Virus record (IMG/VR): IMGVR_UViG_2974666105_000001
Coordinates: 15,100 to 79,099 of that record
Strand: one strand, 5' to 3'
Source of the DNA: a virus
Taxonomy: Duplodnaviria; Caudoviricetes
Length of the DNA: 64,000 bases
In this document: positions 46,043 to 55,427 of the stretch, piece after piece
How positions within the stretch are numbered: position 1 is the stretch's first letter
Layout of the letters: each line of letters starts with the position of its first letter
Translations under genes and position numbers: made by a program
Notes under the pieces: model-generated
What the model was told of the DNA's origin: nothing
The model's input: the letters and a program-made list of their open reading frames with translations, nothing else
Databases searched by the model: none

Positions 46043-46480
46043 ATGGGATTACAACATTATGGAAACAAGGTAGAATATGATGGATTCACATTTGATAGCA
46101 CTAAAGAGTTTAACTTTTACAAGAGATTCATTAAAGATTGCGGCTATACTTTTAAAGTTCACGAAAAATTCAATCTAATTGAAAAGATAAAAATAAACGA
46201 TAAAATGTCCATTAGAAGTCTGACATATAAGCCTGACTTCATTATATTCAACAAGGATGGTGGTATTAAGCACGTTTATGATGTCAAAAATGGATATACT
46301 CCTTATGCGATTGATCGTGGAGCTGCAATATCGTTTAAATTGTTTGCTAAAAAATACGGCATTCCTGTTGAAGTTGTTGTTATCAGAACGCATGATTTTA
46401 AGACAAAAATATTGGGGACAACAAAGAAATATGATGTAAAAATTAGAAACGATGTTGACTATGATTGGAGAGAAAACTGA
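46043..46480 (+). CDS. DUF1064-like PD-(D/E)XK endonuclease
   Basis: YDGFTFDSTKE, TYKPDFII, VYDVK motifs. Confidence 0.8.
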   Translation: MGLQHYGNKVEYDGFTFDSTKEFNFYKRFIKDCGYTFKVHEKFNLIEKIKINDKMSIRSLTYKPDFIIFNKDGGIKHVYDVKNGYTPYAIDRGAAISFKLFAKKYGIPVEVVVIRTHDFKTKILGTTKKYDVKIRNDVDYDWREN

Positions 46481-46797
46481 TGTATAGAGAATTTAAGGGG
46501 GGACTTGACGGAGTAACCTTGGATGAAATTAAAGAAGAATTTTTTGAAGATTACTATGATCAAGAACACTCAGCAGATGAGCGAGTCGAGGACGTTAAGA
46601 GATTTATTAAAGAACAAAGCAACGGTTTCTTTGAGGATTACTATTGTGAACAATACTTAGCTAAAACACCATCCCAACAAGTTATGTCTGATCAGGACAA
46701 TGTTTGTCATTTTGTTGAGATTATGGCATCATATGTTATTACTGGCGAAGATGATGATTTACCATATGATAAAGATTTATTTTTTATCGGAAATTAG
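46465..46797 (+). CDS. Hypothetical acidic protein
   Basis: Operon context. Confidence 0.6.
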   Translation: MERKLMYREFKGGLDGVTLDEIKEEFFEDYYDQEHSADERVEDVKRFIKEQSNGFFEDYYCEQYLAKTPSQQVMSDQDNVCHFVEIMASYVITGEDDDLPYDKDLFFIGN

Positions 46798-46863
46798 TTG
46801 ACTTGGTTAGCGGATAATGTTATGATTAAATAGTTGTAAGACAACATCTAGGAGGAATAAACA

Positions 46864-47832
46864 GTGATGGAAACTCAATTGAACGAGCTAAAAGGTAATG
46901 CAGTCTCAATTGTTGGGACGCTAGAATCTAAGGATCTCTCATTAGATAAAGATAAGCAAGGCAACGATATTGTTAAAGGATTAGTTCGTTTGCAAGTTAA
47001 GAATGGCAATAAGGTGAACTCATTTGTTCTCAACGTGTACAACAAGAAATTTACCAATGCTGGTAAAGAAAACAAGCTTTACAATGGAATTGTAACAGTT
47101 ATGAATGAATACAAGTCCATTGAAGAAACTGGTAGTGAAGAAACCGCTGACCGAGTTTCCGTAAATGCAGACTTGTCATACAACATTTATGCAAAAGATG
47201 GGAATATCATGGAAAACAACCGCCTACGCGCAAGTACATTCCATCGAGTAAACGGTAATCCAGGCGCAAAGGATCAGGCAATTGGTCAAATTACTGCGGT
47301 TATTGATAGCTATGTCGACGAAGAAGATTCTAATGGCGACCCAACTGGTAAGACGTTAGTTAACGCATTTACTGTTGGTTATAATGGCCGCGTCGGTAAA
47401 ATCATGAAACTTAAGGTTGCTGGTGATCTTTCAGAGCAAATGCAGAGCTTCTTCCCAACTGGATCTACTGGCGTGCTGTCGTATGATTTATTCAATTATG
47501 TGATTGTTGAAGAACAAAGTGTTGACAATAACAGTAGCTCATTTGGTGAAATTCATGAAGTTGTACAACGCAAGTCATATGTTAACGAGCTTCTAATTTC
47601 TGGTGGAGAAATGCTTAAGAATGAGGAAGAAGCGTTAGACGAAGATCAAATTAACGCTGCAAAGGTTGCACTGCGTAAACAAAAGACAGAAGCATTGTCA
47701 AATGACACTCAAAGTGTAACACATAAGACTGGATTTGGTAGTGCTAAGCCGAAGAGTGAATCAAATTCATCTGACCCATTTGCTAGTGGGGGCGGCAACA
47801 TTGACATTACCGATGATGACTTACCTTTCTAA
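46864..47832 (+). CDS. ssb: Single-stranded DNA-binding protein
   Basis: Acidic tail ending DITDDDLPF; own promoter near 46799-46829. Confidence 0.8.
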   Translation: MMETQLNELKGNAVSIVGTLESKDLSLDKDKQGNDIVKGLVRLQVKNGNKVNSFVLNVYNKKFTNAGKENKLYNGIVTVMNEYKSIEETGSEETADRVSVNADLSYNIYAKDGNIMENNRLRASTFHRVNGNPGAKDQAIGQITAVIDSYVDEEDSNGDPTGKTLVNAFTVGYNGRVGKIMKLKVAGDLSEQMQSFFPTGSTGVLSYDLFNYVIVEEQSVDNNSSSFGEIHEVVQRKSYVNELLISGGEMLKNEEEALDEDQINAAKVALRKQKTEALSNDTQSVTHKTGFGSAKPKSESNSSDPFASGGGNIDITDDDLPF

Positions 47833-47864
47833 AGAATTACGATAACATTAATGGAGGATTATGA

Positions 47865-48926
47865 ATGATTGATTTAACAAAAATTAAAGCTAACAAAGTT
47901 TCGACAGACCCATCAAGTTACAGTTTCTTACTTTATGGTAGCTCTAAGATTGGTAAGACTACTTTTGTAAATGGGCTGTTTCCAAATAATCGTCTGCTTA
48001 ACATCATGACGGAAAAACGCTACGGTGCTTTAGATGGTGCCATGGTTCAATACATTTCTTCTTGGGGTGAATTTAAGCAAGTTTTAGCACAATTAAAGCG
48101 ACCAGAAGTACAGAAGAACTTCGATGCTGTCTCAATCGATACCGTTGAAAATTTGTATCGTTACGCGACTAAATTTACCGCCGGACAGTTTGGTGAGTTT
48201 AGTGTTGGTGATGGTGATGTTGGTTATGGTCGTGATTATACTCGATTAGATGAAGTTTGGTTCCGGGGATTAAAGGAACTAGAATCATTACCTTATACGA
48301 ACATCTTTGTGTCTCACTCAACTAGTATTCAGACTAAGATTCCATATATCGACTCTGATGAAGTTGAAAACATTCCAGATGCAACCACCAGTGAAGAAAA
48401 AGATGGCAGTAAGTTTATTGAGTTCACAAAGATTGTTCCAGATTTGAAACAAAAGGCGTTGGGACCCGTTTCAAAAATGGTTGATAATATCTTATTCGCA
48501 GAAAATAACTTGGTGAATGGCAAAGAAACACGCGTGTTACATCTACGTGGATCACTACAATACGATGCTGGGACAACATTTAAGAACGTTAAGCCTGTCA
48601 TTGGGTTTAGTCCAGAAGAATACACAAAAGAAGTAAAGCGATCATTAGGTGAAAACTACTCTGAAACCACTGATAAGAAAGTTCTACATGCAGATGTAAA
48701 AGATAACGAATATGACTTCAAAGAACTACTTGAAAAAACCAAAAAGGTCGCATTTTCGTTCAGTGAAAACGATGACATGAAGTCGTTAACAACTATTGTT
48801 GAATCTGTAATTGGTAAAGGCCACAAGGTTAATGACTTAGATGAAAAACGGTCAGATGACTTGCTTGTTATTTTGTCAGAATTGAAATCAGAAGCTGATA
48901 AGAAGGGTTACTCATATGGGGAATAA
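47865..48926 (+). CDS. Sak4-like AAA ATPase / ssDNA annealing recombinase
   Basis: LYGSSKIGKTT Walker A; VSIDTV; FVSH; next to SSB. Confidence 0.8.
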   Translation: MIDLTKIKANKVSTDPSSYSFLLYGSSKIGKTTFVNGLFPNNRLLNIMTEKRYGALDGAMVQYISSWGEFKQVLAQLKRPEVQKNFDAVSIDTVENLYRYATKFTAGQFGEFSVGDGDVGYGRDYTRLDEVWFRGLKELESLPYTNIFVSHSTSIQTKIPYIDSDEVENIPDATTSEEKDGSKFIEFTKIVPDLKQKALGPVSKMVDNILFAENNLVNGKETRVLHLRGSLQYDAGTTFKNVKPVIGFSPEEYTKEVKRSLGENYSETTDKKVLHADVKDNEYDFKELLEKTKKVAFSFSENDDMKSLTTIVESVIGKGHKVNDLDEKRSDDLLVILSELKSEADKKGYSYGE

Positions 48927-49119
48927 CTCTATTGGGTCTACAAATCCGGCGTTTCTAAACGCTGCTTACGCATTATCCAAGGCACTCAGTAATGTTGAAA
49001 CTGGCAAATTTACCCAGGCAGAAGCATATATGATCTATTCAATGTCGTCAAAAGTCAGTCGTGCTGTTTTAGAATCTGTTCCGTACGACATGTTAGGAGA
49101 TAGTGATAGCAATGAGTAG
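48916..49119 (+). CDS. Hypothetical protein
   Basis: Coupled overlap. Confidence 0.5.
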   Translation: MGNNSIGSTNPAFLNAAYALSKALSNVETGKFTQAEAYMIYSMSSKVSRAVLESVPYDMLGDSDSNE

Positions 49120-49309
49120 CAATTTGCTAGATTGGCAAGATGAAATTTGGGGCATCGAAAGTAGCATTGACTATTTATCTGATGTGCTAGAAGCTAGAAA
49201 GATTAGTATTACTGATAGTAGACGCACCTTAGTAGAAATTGATTCACTTATTAATAAGCTAAATGGAGTCGAGTTGATGTTGAAAAATGCTGAGATCGGA
49301 GAAAATTGA
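49112..49309 (+). CDS. Hypothetical protein
   Basis: Coupled overlap. Confidence 0.5.
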   Translation: MSSNLLDWQDEIWGIESSIDYLSDVLEARKISITDSRRTLVEIDSLINKLNGVELMLKNAEIGEN

Positions 49310-50532
49310 TGGCTATTTACAGCGATAAAAAAGATAAGAAACATGAAATTGATGATGTCGGCCTTGAAAAGGCCGTTAAATATAAGATCGAATTACAACG
49401 TGACAATGGACGTGCCAATTGGAATAAAGTGGCACGATTATTGCGCGAAGACGGTTATGACGCGAAACAGTGTGAAGGTTTCCGCCAAGCTGTAAAGAAC
49501 AAGCAGCATAAAATGGGTCTTTTACCAACTCAAAAAGATCAGTGGTCAAATGAACTTGACCATAAAAAAGACGCAATTAATAAAGAAATCGATCAAATGC
49601 TCCTTGAAAAGCGTGAGCTTCAATTAATTAGACGAGACTTCAATAAGAATCGTCGGGCATATGCGGATCAGGAATTATTTAAACGAGATATTGCCACTGC
49701 TTTAAAGAAAAGCATTCATATTGACATCGTAAGCCCACCTAAAACGACTTACGCATATGGACAACATGCTTTGCTTGTCGTGCTTTCAGATCTTCATATC
49801 GGAGCAAGTGTCGATGTTGATGGCTATGCGTACAATGAAGATATTGCAAAGCAAAAGCTTGAACAATACCGTAATCGAGTTGTAGAATATGCAAAAATGG
49901 CTAAGCCTGGCGTAATCTATGTTGAAAATATTGGTGATAGTATTGAAGGCGCGTATATGCGCAGTAATCAATCGTATGAAATCACCATGAAATTATCAGA
50001 TCAGATTAAGACGGCTGTTAAATTAATTTCTGAGTTTGTTGTTGGACTGCAACAAGAATTGGGGATTGAAGTTTATTACACTGGCATTATGGGAAACCAC
50101 GATCGTGCCAATGGGAATAAGTTTGATAACTTGCCAGACGATGGCTTTCAAACAGTCATCTCAATGGCTTTGTCAACGATCTCTGAACAGTACGATAAGT
50201 TACACGTACTAGAACCAGACAAGCAAACAGAAGATCATATTAGTGTGAACGGTACAAACGTCAAGTTTGTTCATGGGGATTTACAGAATTTGTCTAAATC
50301 AGAAACATTGGCTACGTCAAGCCAATTCGATGACATGCGGTATAGCGCTTTGGTTGGCGGACACTTCCATAGTTTGGCCATTCGTGAAGAATCTGGATTA
50401 GTTATTCAGTCTGGATCGGTGATTGGCCCAACAAGCTATTCTGAACGTTTGCACTTCAAAGCATCACGATCTCAGGTAATTTTAGATGTCGATGAACATG
50501 GCGTTATTACGCCGATTCCAGTTATCTTATAA
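49306..50532 (+). CDS. Calcineurin-like metallophosphoesterase / DNA repair exonuclease
   Basis: LSDLHIG, IGDSIEG, MGNHDR, FVHGD, GGHFH motifs. Confidence 0.85.
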   Translation: MMAIYSDKKDKKHEIDDVGLEKAVKYKIELQRDNGRANWNKVARLLREDGYDAKQCEGFRQAVKNKQHKMGLLPTQKDQWSNELDHKKDAINKEIDQMLLEKRELQLIRRDFNKNRRAYADQELFKRDIATALKKSIHIDIVSPPKTTYAYGQHALLVVLSDLHIGASVDVDGYAYNEDIAKQKLEQYRNRVVEYAKMAKPGVIYVENIGDSIEGAYMRSNQSYEITMKLSDQIKTAVKLISEFVVGLQQELGIEVYYTGIMGNHDRANGNKFDNLPDDGFQTVISMALSTISEQYDKLHVLEPDKQTEDHISVNGTNVKFVHGDLQNLSKSETLATSSQFDDMRYSALVGGHFHSLAIREESGLVIQSGSVIGPTSYSERLHFKASRSQVILDVDEHGVITPIPVIL

Positions 50533-50550
50533 AAGAAAGAAGATTAAAAA

Positions 50551-51315
50551 TTGCAATCTAATGTACTTAGCGAACAATCTGCAACGAAAAACGAAAATTA
50601 CTTCAAGTGGTTATTCAATCAAATTAAGGGGTGGCCACAACAAAATTACTACTTATTCTGGTTTGCCATCGGTGCACAAGTAATGACACTTGTTAGCAAC
50701 CCTATCACATTAGTTTCATTTCTAACTTTCGTTGGTACGACTTTAGGCGTACTTTGCGTTTTGAGTATTAATGCTGCTAAATCTGTCAATGGATGGTTAG
50801 GGCTTGTATCAGCGATGCTATTCATCTATGTGGGGTTTGAAGCTAAAAATTACCTCAGCATGGCCGAACAGTTAGCATACATTGTTACTCTTGATCTGCC
50901 GGTGTTATTAGCAGTTAAGTCATGGAACGGAAATACTGTTCATAACTTGCGGAAATTTGGTTCAAAAGAATGGATGATCGCAATTGTTGGAACATTAGTT
51001 GTTTATGCTTTGTCTGGTTATTTAATTGGTGCGTTAACAGACGATCCTCGTCCATGGATTGATGCAATTGCTTTCTCAATTAGTTTAACTGCCGGAGTTA
51101 TGTGCTTCATGCGCTATAACAATCAGTATTACTGGTGGTTAGCATCTGGGTTAGCACAAATGGTTTTGTGGTTTGTATCTTTCAAGCAAGGATCAGCAAC
51201 GCTTGCAATGTTTGTTAACAGTTCAATTTACTTGATGAATGATGTTTTAGCATTTACGGTGTCACCGTGGTTCTCACGAGGCCGTAAAAATGCTGGACTA
51301 GAACAGATTAAGTAA
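50551..51315 (+). CDS. pnuC: PnuC-family transporter (nicotinamide riboside / nucleoside-type)
   Basis: Multiple TM helices; DPRPWIDAIAFSISLTAG.M...RY..QYYWW; NSSIYLMND. Confidence 0.85.
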   Translation: MQSNVLSEQSATKNENYFKWLFNQIKGWPQQNYYLFWFAIGAQVMTLVSNPITLVSFLTFVGTTLGVLCVLSINAAKSVNGWLGLVSAMLFIYVGFEAKNYLSMAEQLAYIVTLDLPVLLAVKSWNGNTVHNLRKFGSKEWMIAIVGTLVVYALSGYLIGALTDDPRPWIDAIAFSISLTAGVMCFMRYNNQYYWWLASGLAQMVLWFVSFKQGSATLAMFVNSSIYLMNDVLAFTVSPWFSRGRKNAGLEQIK

Positions 51316-51334
51316 CTCTATAGGAGGTGCCATT

Positions 51335-51538
51335 ATGGAAGATGAATTTGTCCCAATTGAAGAACTAGAAGAAGAACGAGAACAAGCTAAACAATATGAT
51401 GTGTTAGAGGTAATCGGACGCATTCATTCATTAATTGGCAATGGAATTTCTTCCCACCAATTCAAAGTTATTGCAGATGACCTGACAAATTATTATGACA
51501 TTCATGATCCTATTGATGGTTATGATTATAATGTTTAA
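51335..51538 (+). CDS. Hypothetical acidic protein
   Basis: GGAGGTG RBS. Confidence 0.6.
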   Translation: MEDEFVPIEELEEEREQAKQYDVLEVIGRIHSLIGNGISSHQFKVIADDLTNYYDIHDPIDGYDYNV

Positions 51539-51710
51539 TGATTTCATGGAAGAGTCTGAACGTATTAATTGGCTGGAAGAAAAAGTTGAAGAATACCAGG
51601 ATAAAATTGATGTTTTAAACGATAAGATTGATGATTTACAATATCTCAATGAAGCCCTAGAACAAGAGAACAGTTATCTTAGCAATAGGATGTTCAGAAA
51701 GGATTATTAA
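51531..51710 (+). CDS. Small coiled-coil protein
   Basis: Heptad pattern. Confidence 0.5.
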   Translation: MFNDFMEESERINWLEEKVEEYQDKIDVLNDKIDDLQYLNEALEQENSYLSNRMFRKDY

Positions 51711-52030
51711 TGACGCAAAAAGTTTTAACAACTGTTTATAGAAAAGATAATTGTAGCCAATGTCGTATGACATTAAAAGCAATGGAAAAATACGATATTC
51801 ATCCGTTAATTGCCAATATCTCTGACTTTTCAGATGATGAGATTGAAGGACTGAAAGAAAAGGGCATGGGACATGCGCCAATCGTGACATTTAACTATCT
51901 TAGACAAGATAAGGGTGTGTCTATCTCGGAAACTGGATTATGGTCAGGATTCCAGCCAGATGAAATTAAGAAGCTTTCTAAGCTGTACAAGGATGGTGCA
52001 AAGTGGAAGAACAGAAGTTCAGAGAATTAG
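51710..52030 (+). CDS. nrdH: NrdH-like glutaredoxin
   Basis: VYRKDNCSQCRMT, HAPIV, WSGFQPDEI. Confidence 0.9.
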   Translation: MTQKVLTTVYRKDNCSQCRMTLKAMEKYDIHPLIANISDFSDDEIEGLKEKGMGHAPIVTFNYLRQDKGVSISETGLWSGFQPDEIKKLSKLYKDGAKWKNRSSEN

Positions 52031-52248
52031 CAGTTGAGCAAGTGAAAAAGTATTGTCAAAACGTAACTGGGATTACAGTATTTGAAACATATGTTGTCTG
52101 GATCGTCAAAGACTTACAAAACAACAAGGCATTGCTATCTACGAACATTCCAGATGGAAGATATTATGAAGTCACTCATGACGGAGATAAGCATGAACTG
52201 TATGTTGATGTTTATGCTAAAGAAAAAAATTTCTCGGTTGAAGTTTAA
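52003..52248 (+). CDS. DUF6275-like conserved phage protein
   Basis: VVWIVKDLQNNKALLST..PDGRYYEVTHDGDKHELYVDVY. Confidence 0.75.
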   Translation: MEEQKFRELAVEQVKKYCQNVTGITVFETYVVWIVKDLQNNKALLSTNIPDGRYYEVTHDGDKHELYVDVYAKEKNFSVEV

Positions 52249-52254
52249 TATTAA

Positions 52255-52287
52255 TTGACAAGAGCATACTTTATATGGTATGCTCTT
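52255..52287 (+). promoter_or_regulatory. Promoter overlapped by palindromic operator AGCATAC-N8-GTATGCT
   Basis: TTGACA 52255-52260; TGgTATGCT; palindrome extends to AAGAGCATAC/GTATGCTCTT. Confidence 0.75.
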
Positions 52288-52315
52288 TTATGTTAAATAG
52301 AAAAGAGGAATTAAG

Positions 52316-52696
52316 ATGCCCAAACACGTAAAAACTGGTCAAGAGTTGTATCTATCAACTATTGATGATAATAATGAGGTAAGTACGCAAAAAGTGTATG
52401 TTATTGATCATAATCACTCATCTATCTACTTTGGATATAACAAATATGACAGAAAGAACTCATATTTGAAGGTGAAAGCATCTGGCAACTTTCCATCATT
52501 TTGGCAGCCAAACATTCTAGATTTTGGATATTTGAGCGATGATCAAGAGTTTAGTAAACAATGGGAAAAAGAAGTTAAAGAGCGTTCGCGTTATAAGAAA
52601 GAAATTAGTCATAGAATCAGCAAGTTATTTTTTGACGACTATAGCGTTGATGACTATAAAAAGGTTGCTGAATTTTTGGATGAAATTTTGAGATAA
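52316..52696 (+). CDS. Hypothetical protein
   Basis: GAGGA RBS. Confidence 0.65.
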   Translation: MPKHVKTGQELYLSTIDDNNEVSTQKVYVIDHNHSSIYFGYNKYDRKNSYLKVKASGNFPSFWQPNILDFGYLSDDQEFSKQWEKEVKERSRYKKEISHRISKLFFDDYSVDDYKKVAEFLDEILR

Positions 52697-52697
52697 A

Positions 52698-53030
52698 ATG
52701 GGGGAATTAAATATGAAAACATATAACCAACGATTGCACAAAGATTTTTACAAGAGGGTTGAATATGCAAGACAACTTGCAAAAAATAATGATGACTGTT
52801 TACCACAAGAAGGTAGGAGACTATTTAGATTAGCACATGGCACCATCAATAATTATACATCTAACGCAGATTTTTCGACAAATAATAATAGAAATGTATG
52901 TTTTGGAGCGCATGGTCTTCGTTACGGTGATGGCTATACGGAGTCCAAGATTACTTCACTTTTAATTGGACTTAGTTCAGAAGAAATTGTTAGCAAATTA
53001 CAGAACGTAATCAATAATCTTGTTAACTAA
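52698..53030 (+). CDS. Hypothetical protein
   Basis: Operon context. Confidence 0.6.
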   Translation: MGELNMKTYNQRLHKDFYKRVEYARQLAKNNDDCLPQEGRRLFRLAHGTINNYTSNADFSTNNNRNVCFGAHGLRYGDGYTESKITSLLIGLSSEEIVSKLQNVINNLVN

Positions 53031-53062
53031 AATTATAGCTTTTATAAAGGAAGTGAACAGTT

Positions 53063-53548
53063 ATGACCCCTATTCTTGATGCTTGCTGTGGCGGAAAAAT
53101 GTTTTGGTTTGACAAAGACAATCAAAACGTTACATTTATGGATCGTCGTGAGGAAGAAAACATCATTGGTAAATATCAAACAAAACAAGGAGAAAAAGAC
53201 AGGGTGTTAAGGGTTGCACCAGATATAGTTGGCGATTTTAGAAATATGCCATTCAGCAATGAATCATTTTACATGGTCGTGTTTGATCCACCACATTTAC
53301 GGTATGCCGGTAAATCATCATGGCTGGCCAAGAAGTATGGCACGTTAGACGAAACTTGGCCATTTGATCTACGGAAGGGGTTTACCGAGTGCATGCGGGT
53401 ATTAAAGCCGCATGGCACATTAATATTTAAATGGAATGAAGAACAAATTAAATTGAGTGAGCTGTTAGATGCTATTGGACAACAACCATTGTTTGGCGAC
53501 AAGCGTGGCAAGACGCACTGGTTGGTATTTATGAAAGGAATTTTATAA
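53063..53548 (+). CDS. SAM-dependent amino-methyltransferase (probable N6A/N4C DNA MTase)
   Basis: ILDACCGGKMFW motif I; VFDPPH motif IV. Confidence 0.8.
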   Translation: MTPILDACCGGKMFWFDKDNQNVTFMDRREEENIIGKYQTKQGEKDRVLRVAPDIVGDFRNMPFSNESFYMVVFDPPHLRYAGKSSWLAKKYGTLDETWPFDLRKGFTECMRVLKPHGTLIFKWNEEQIKLSELLDAIGQQPLFGDKRGKTHWLVFMKGIL

Positions 53549-54672
53549 TGAGATTTTTAGATCTATTTGCTGGTGTTGGCGGGATTAGGCTTGGTATGGA
53601 ACAAGCCGGACACAAGTGTGTTGGCTGGGTAGAATGGGACAAATTCGCTCGAAAAAGCTATATTGCAATTCACCAGCCTACAAATGAGTACACAGAAAAA
53701 GACGTTAATGACATTAAAACAAGCGATTTACCAGTTACTGATTGTTGGTGCTTTGGCTTTCCTTGCCAAGACATCTCAGTTGCTGGAAAACAAGGAGGAT
53801 TTACAAATGGAAAAAGATCAAGTCTGTTCTTCAAAGTTACAGGACTTATTAGGGAACTCAAAGAAGAAGATAGACCCAGCTACCTATTCATTGAAAACGT
53901 TAAAAACCTACTTAGCATCAACAAAGGGTGGGACTTCGCAAAGCTGCAAATTGAACTGGATGAAATCGGGTATGATGTCGAGTGGGACGTTCTCGACTCA
54001 GCAGAAATCGTGCCTCAGCACCGGGAGCGTATCTTCATTGTCGGACATCTTAGAGGACGAAGTACCAGAAAAGTATTTCCTATCACAAGACAAGGTGGAA
54101 AAATTAACAAAGAGATAAAAGAGATTGCTAAAATTGATAAAAATCGTCACAGTTCAGAGGGTAATTCCGTACTGGATGTAAATGGTTTGGGACAAACTAT
54201 TTCTGCAACTAGCTTTAAACATGTAATGAAAGTAGCAATTCACCAGGTTGGCAATATAAGCAATTCAAAATCATATAATGGCAATCCGCAGGTTGGACGA
54301 GTATATGGAACTGACGGCATTGCGCCAACCTTAAGCACTATGCAAGGTGGTGGTCAAGAGCCAAAGATTGCCATACCAGTTAGCGATGTTGCTAGAATTA
54401 ATAAAGCCCAAAATGGACGGCGTGTTAAAAATAACGGTGATCCTGAATTTTCATTGACAACGCAGGACAGACATGGTGTCATGTTTGAAGATACCAGGAT
54501 TAGAAAACTGATACCGCTTGAATGCTGGCGCCTACAGGGCTTCCCAGATTGGGCGTTTGAACGTGCCAAGAAAGCTGGATTAAGCGACAGCCAATTATAT
54601 AAGCAGGCTGGTAACAGTGTAACTGTACCAGTTATTAAAGCTATCGCCGAAAGAATGGAAATAGATTTTTAA
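53548..54672 (+). CDS. dcm: DNA cytosine-5 methyltransferase
   Basis: LFAGVGG, GFPCQ, ENV, QHRER, YKQAGNSV motifs. Confidence 0.95.
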   Translation: MRFLDLFAGVGGIRLGMEQAGHKCVGWVEWDKFARKSYIAIHQPTNEYTEKDVNDIKTSDLPVTDCWCFGFPCQDISVAGKQGGFTNGKRSSLFFKVTGLIRELKEEDRPSYLFIENVKNLLSINKGWDFAKLQIELDEIGYDVEWDVLDSAEIVPQHRERIFIVGHLRGRSTRKVFPITRQGGKINKEIKEIAKIDKNRHSSEGNSVLDVNGLGQTISATSFKHVMKVAIHQVGNISNSKSYNGNPQVGRVYGTDGIAPTLSTMQGGGQEPKIAIPVSDVARINKAQNGRRVKNNGDPEFSLTTQDRHGVMFEDTRIRKLIPLECWRLQGFPDWAFERAKKAGLSDSQLYKQAGNSVTVPVIKAIAERMEIDF

Positions 54673-54680
54673 ATTTATTG

Positions 54681-54709
54681 TTGACACAGCATACGTTATT
54701 TAGTATGCT
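54681..54709 (+). promoter_or_regulatory. mazF promoter overlapped by operator AGCATAC-N8-GTATGCT
   Basis: TTGACA-N17-TATGCT; palindrome 54688-54709; TACATA at 54713-54718. Confidence 0.8.
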
Positions 54710-54739
54710 ATATACATATTAAAGAAAGAGGTCATAAAT

Positions 54740-55105
54740 ATGTTAGTAAACGGAGAAAAAATTAGTAGAGGAAATATTTATATTGCGGATCTTGGTGAAC
54801 GGACAAGCAAGCATGACGCAACACAACGCGGACGTCGTCCAGTAATTGTGGTATCTAATGATAAGGCAAACGAATATTCGCCGTCAGTTACGATCGTACC
54901 TTTGACATCTTCAACTAGTAAGCATGAATTGCCAACACACTCATCTTTTTATCTTGAAAATCATGGTACTGAGGTCATGAATACTGCTCTCTGTGAACAA
55001 ATTCAAAACATCAATGTTTATCAACTTCTATACTGTGTTGGTAGCATTGACTACAGTGTAATGAACAGTATTGATCATAACTTGATGGTAGCGTTGGGAT
55101 TATGA
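54740..55105 (+). CDS. mazF: MazF/PemK-family endoribonuclease, no upstream antitoxin
   Basis: RGNIYIADL...QRGRRPVIVVSND..N..SP..TIVPLTS...LPTH...CEQI; catalytic Arg and Thr positions intact; aligns by eye with B. subtilis EndoA. Confidence 0.92.
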   Translation: MLVNGEKISRGNIYIADLGERTSKHDATQRGRRPVIVVSNDKANEYSPSVTIVPLTSSTSKHELPTHSSFYLENHGTEVMNTALCEQIQNINVYQLLYCVGSIDYSVMNSIDHNLMVALGL

Positions 55106-55425
55106 AAGTCTGTATAATTATCAACAAGACTGACGATGGCATGTGTGTGAATTATGCGTCTATTTCAGAAGATGGACTTGAAAGTTATTACAAGCATGGA
55201 TTTTACTATTTTGATGCTGAGAATGCTGTTAAATATATTACTGATCAAATTAATAAAAAACATGTTGATATTATATCAGACAATAAAAAGTTAATTAGAG
55301 TGTTTAAGAAGATCAAGAAGTCAAAATATAAAGAAAATGTTAATTTTATATGCTTTCCAGTCGATAATGAGAAAATAAATAATATATTCAATAGATTGCA
55401 TATGATCTATAAGGAGAACTGTTAA
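55102..55425 (+). CDS. Hypothetical protein coupled to mazF
   Basis: ATGA overlap. Confidence 0.6.
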   Translation: MKVCIIINKTDDGMCVNYASISEDGLESYYKHGFYYFDAENAVKYITDQINKKHVDIISDNKKLIRVFKKIKKSKYKENVNFICFPVDNEKINNIFNRLHMIYKENC

Positions 55426-55427
55426 AT

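Noticed and set aside
55102-55425. Downstream gene as a MazE antitoxin
   Set aside because: Wrong order and no AbrB or ribbon-helix-helix signature; kept only as an untested modulator candidate
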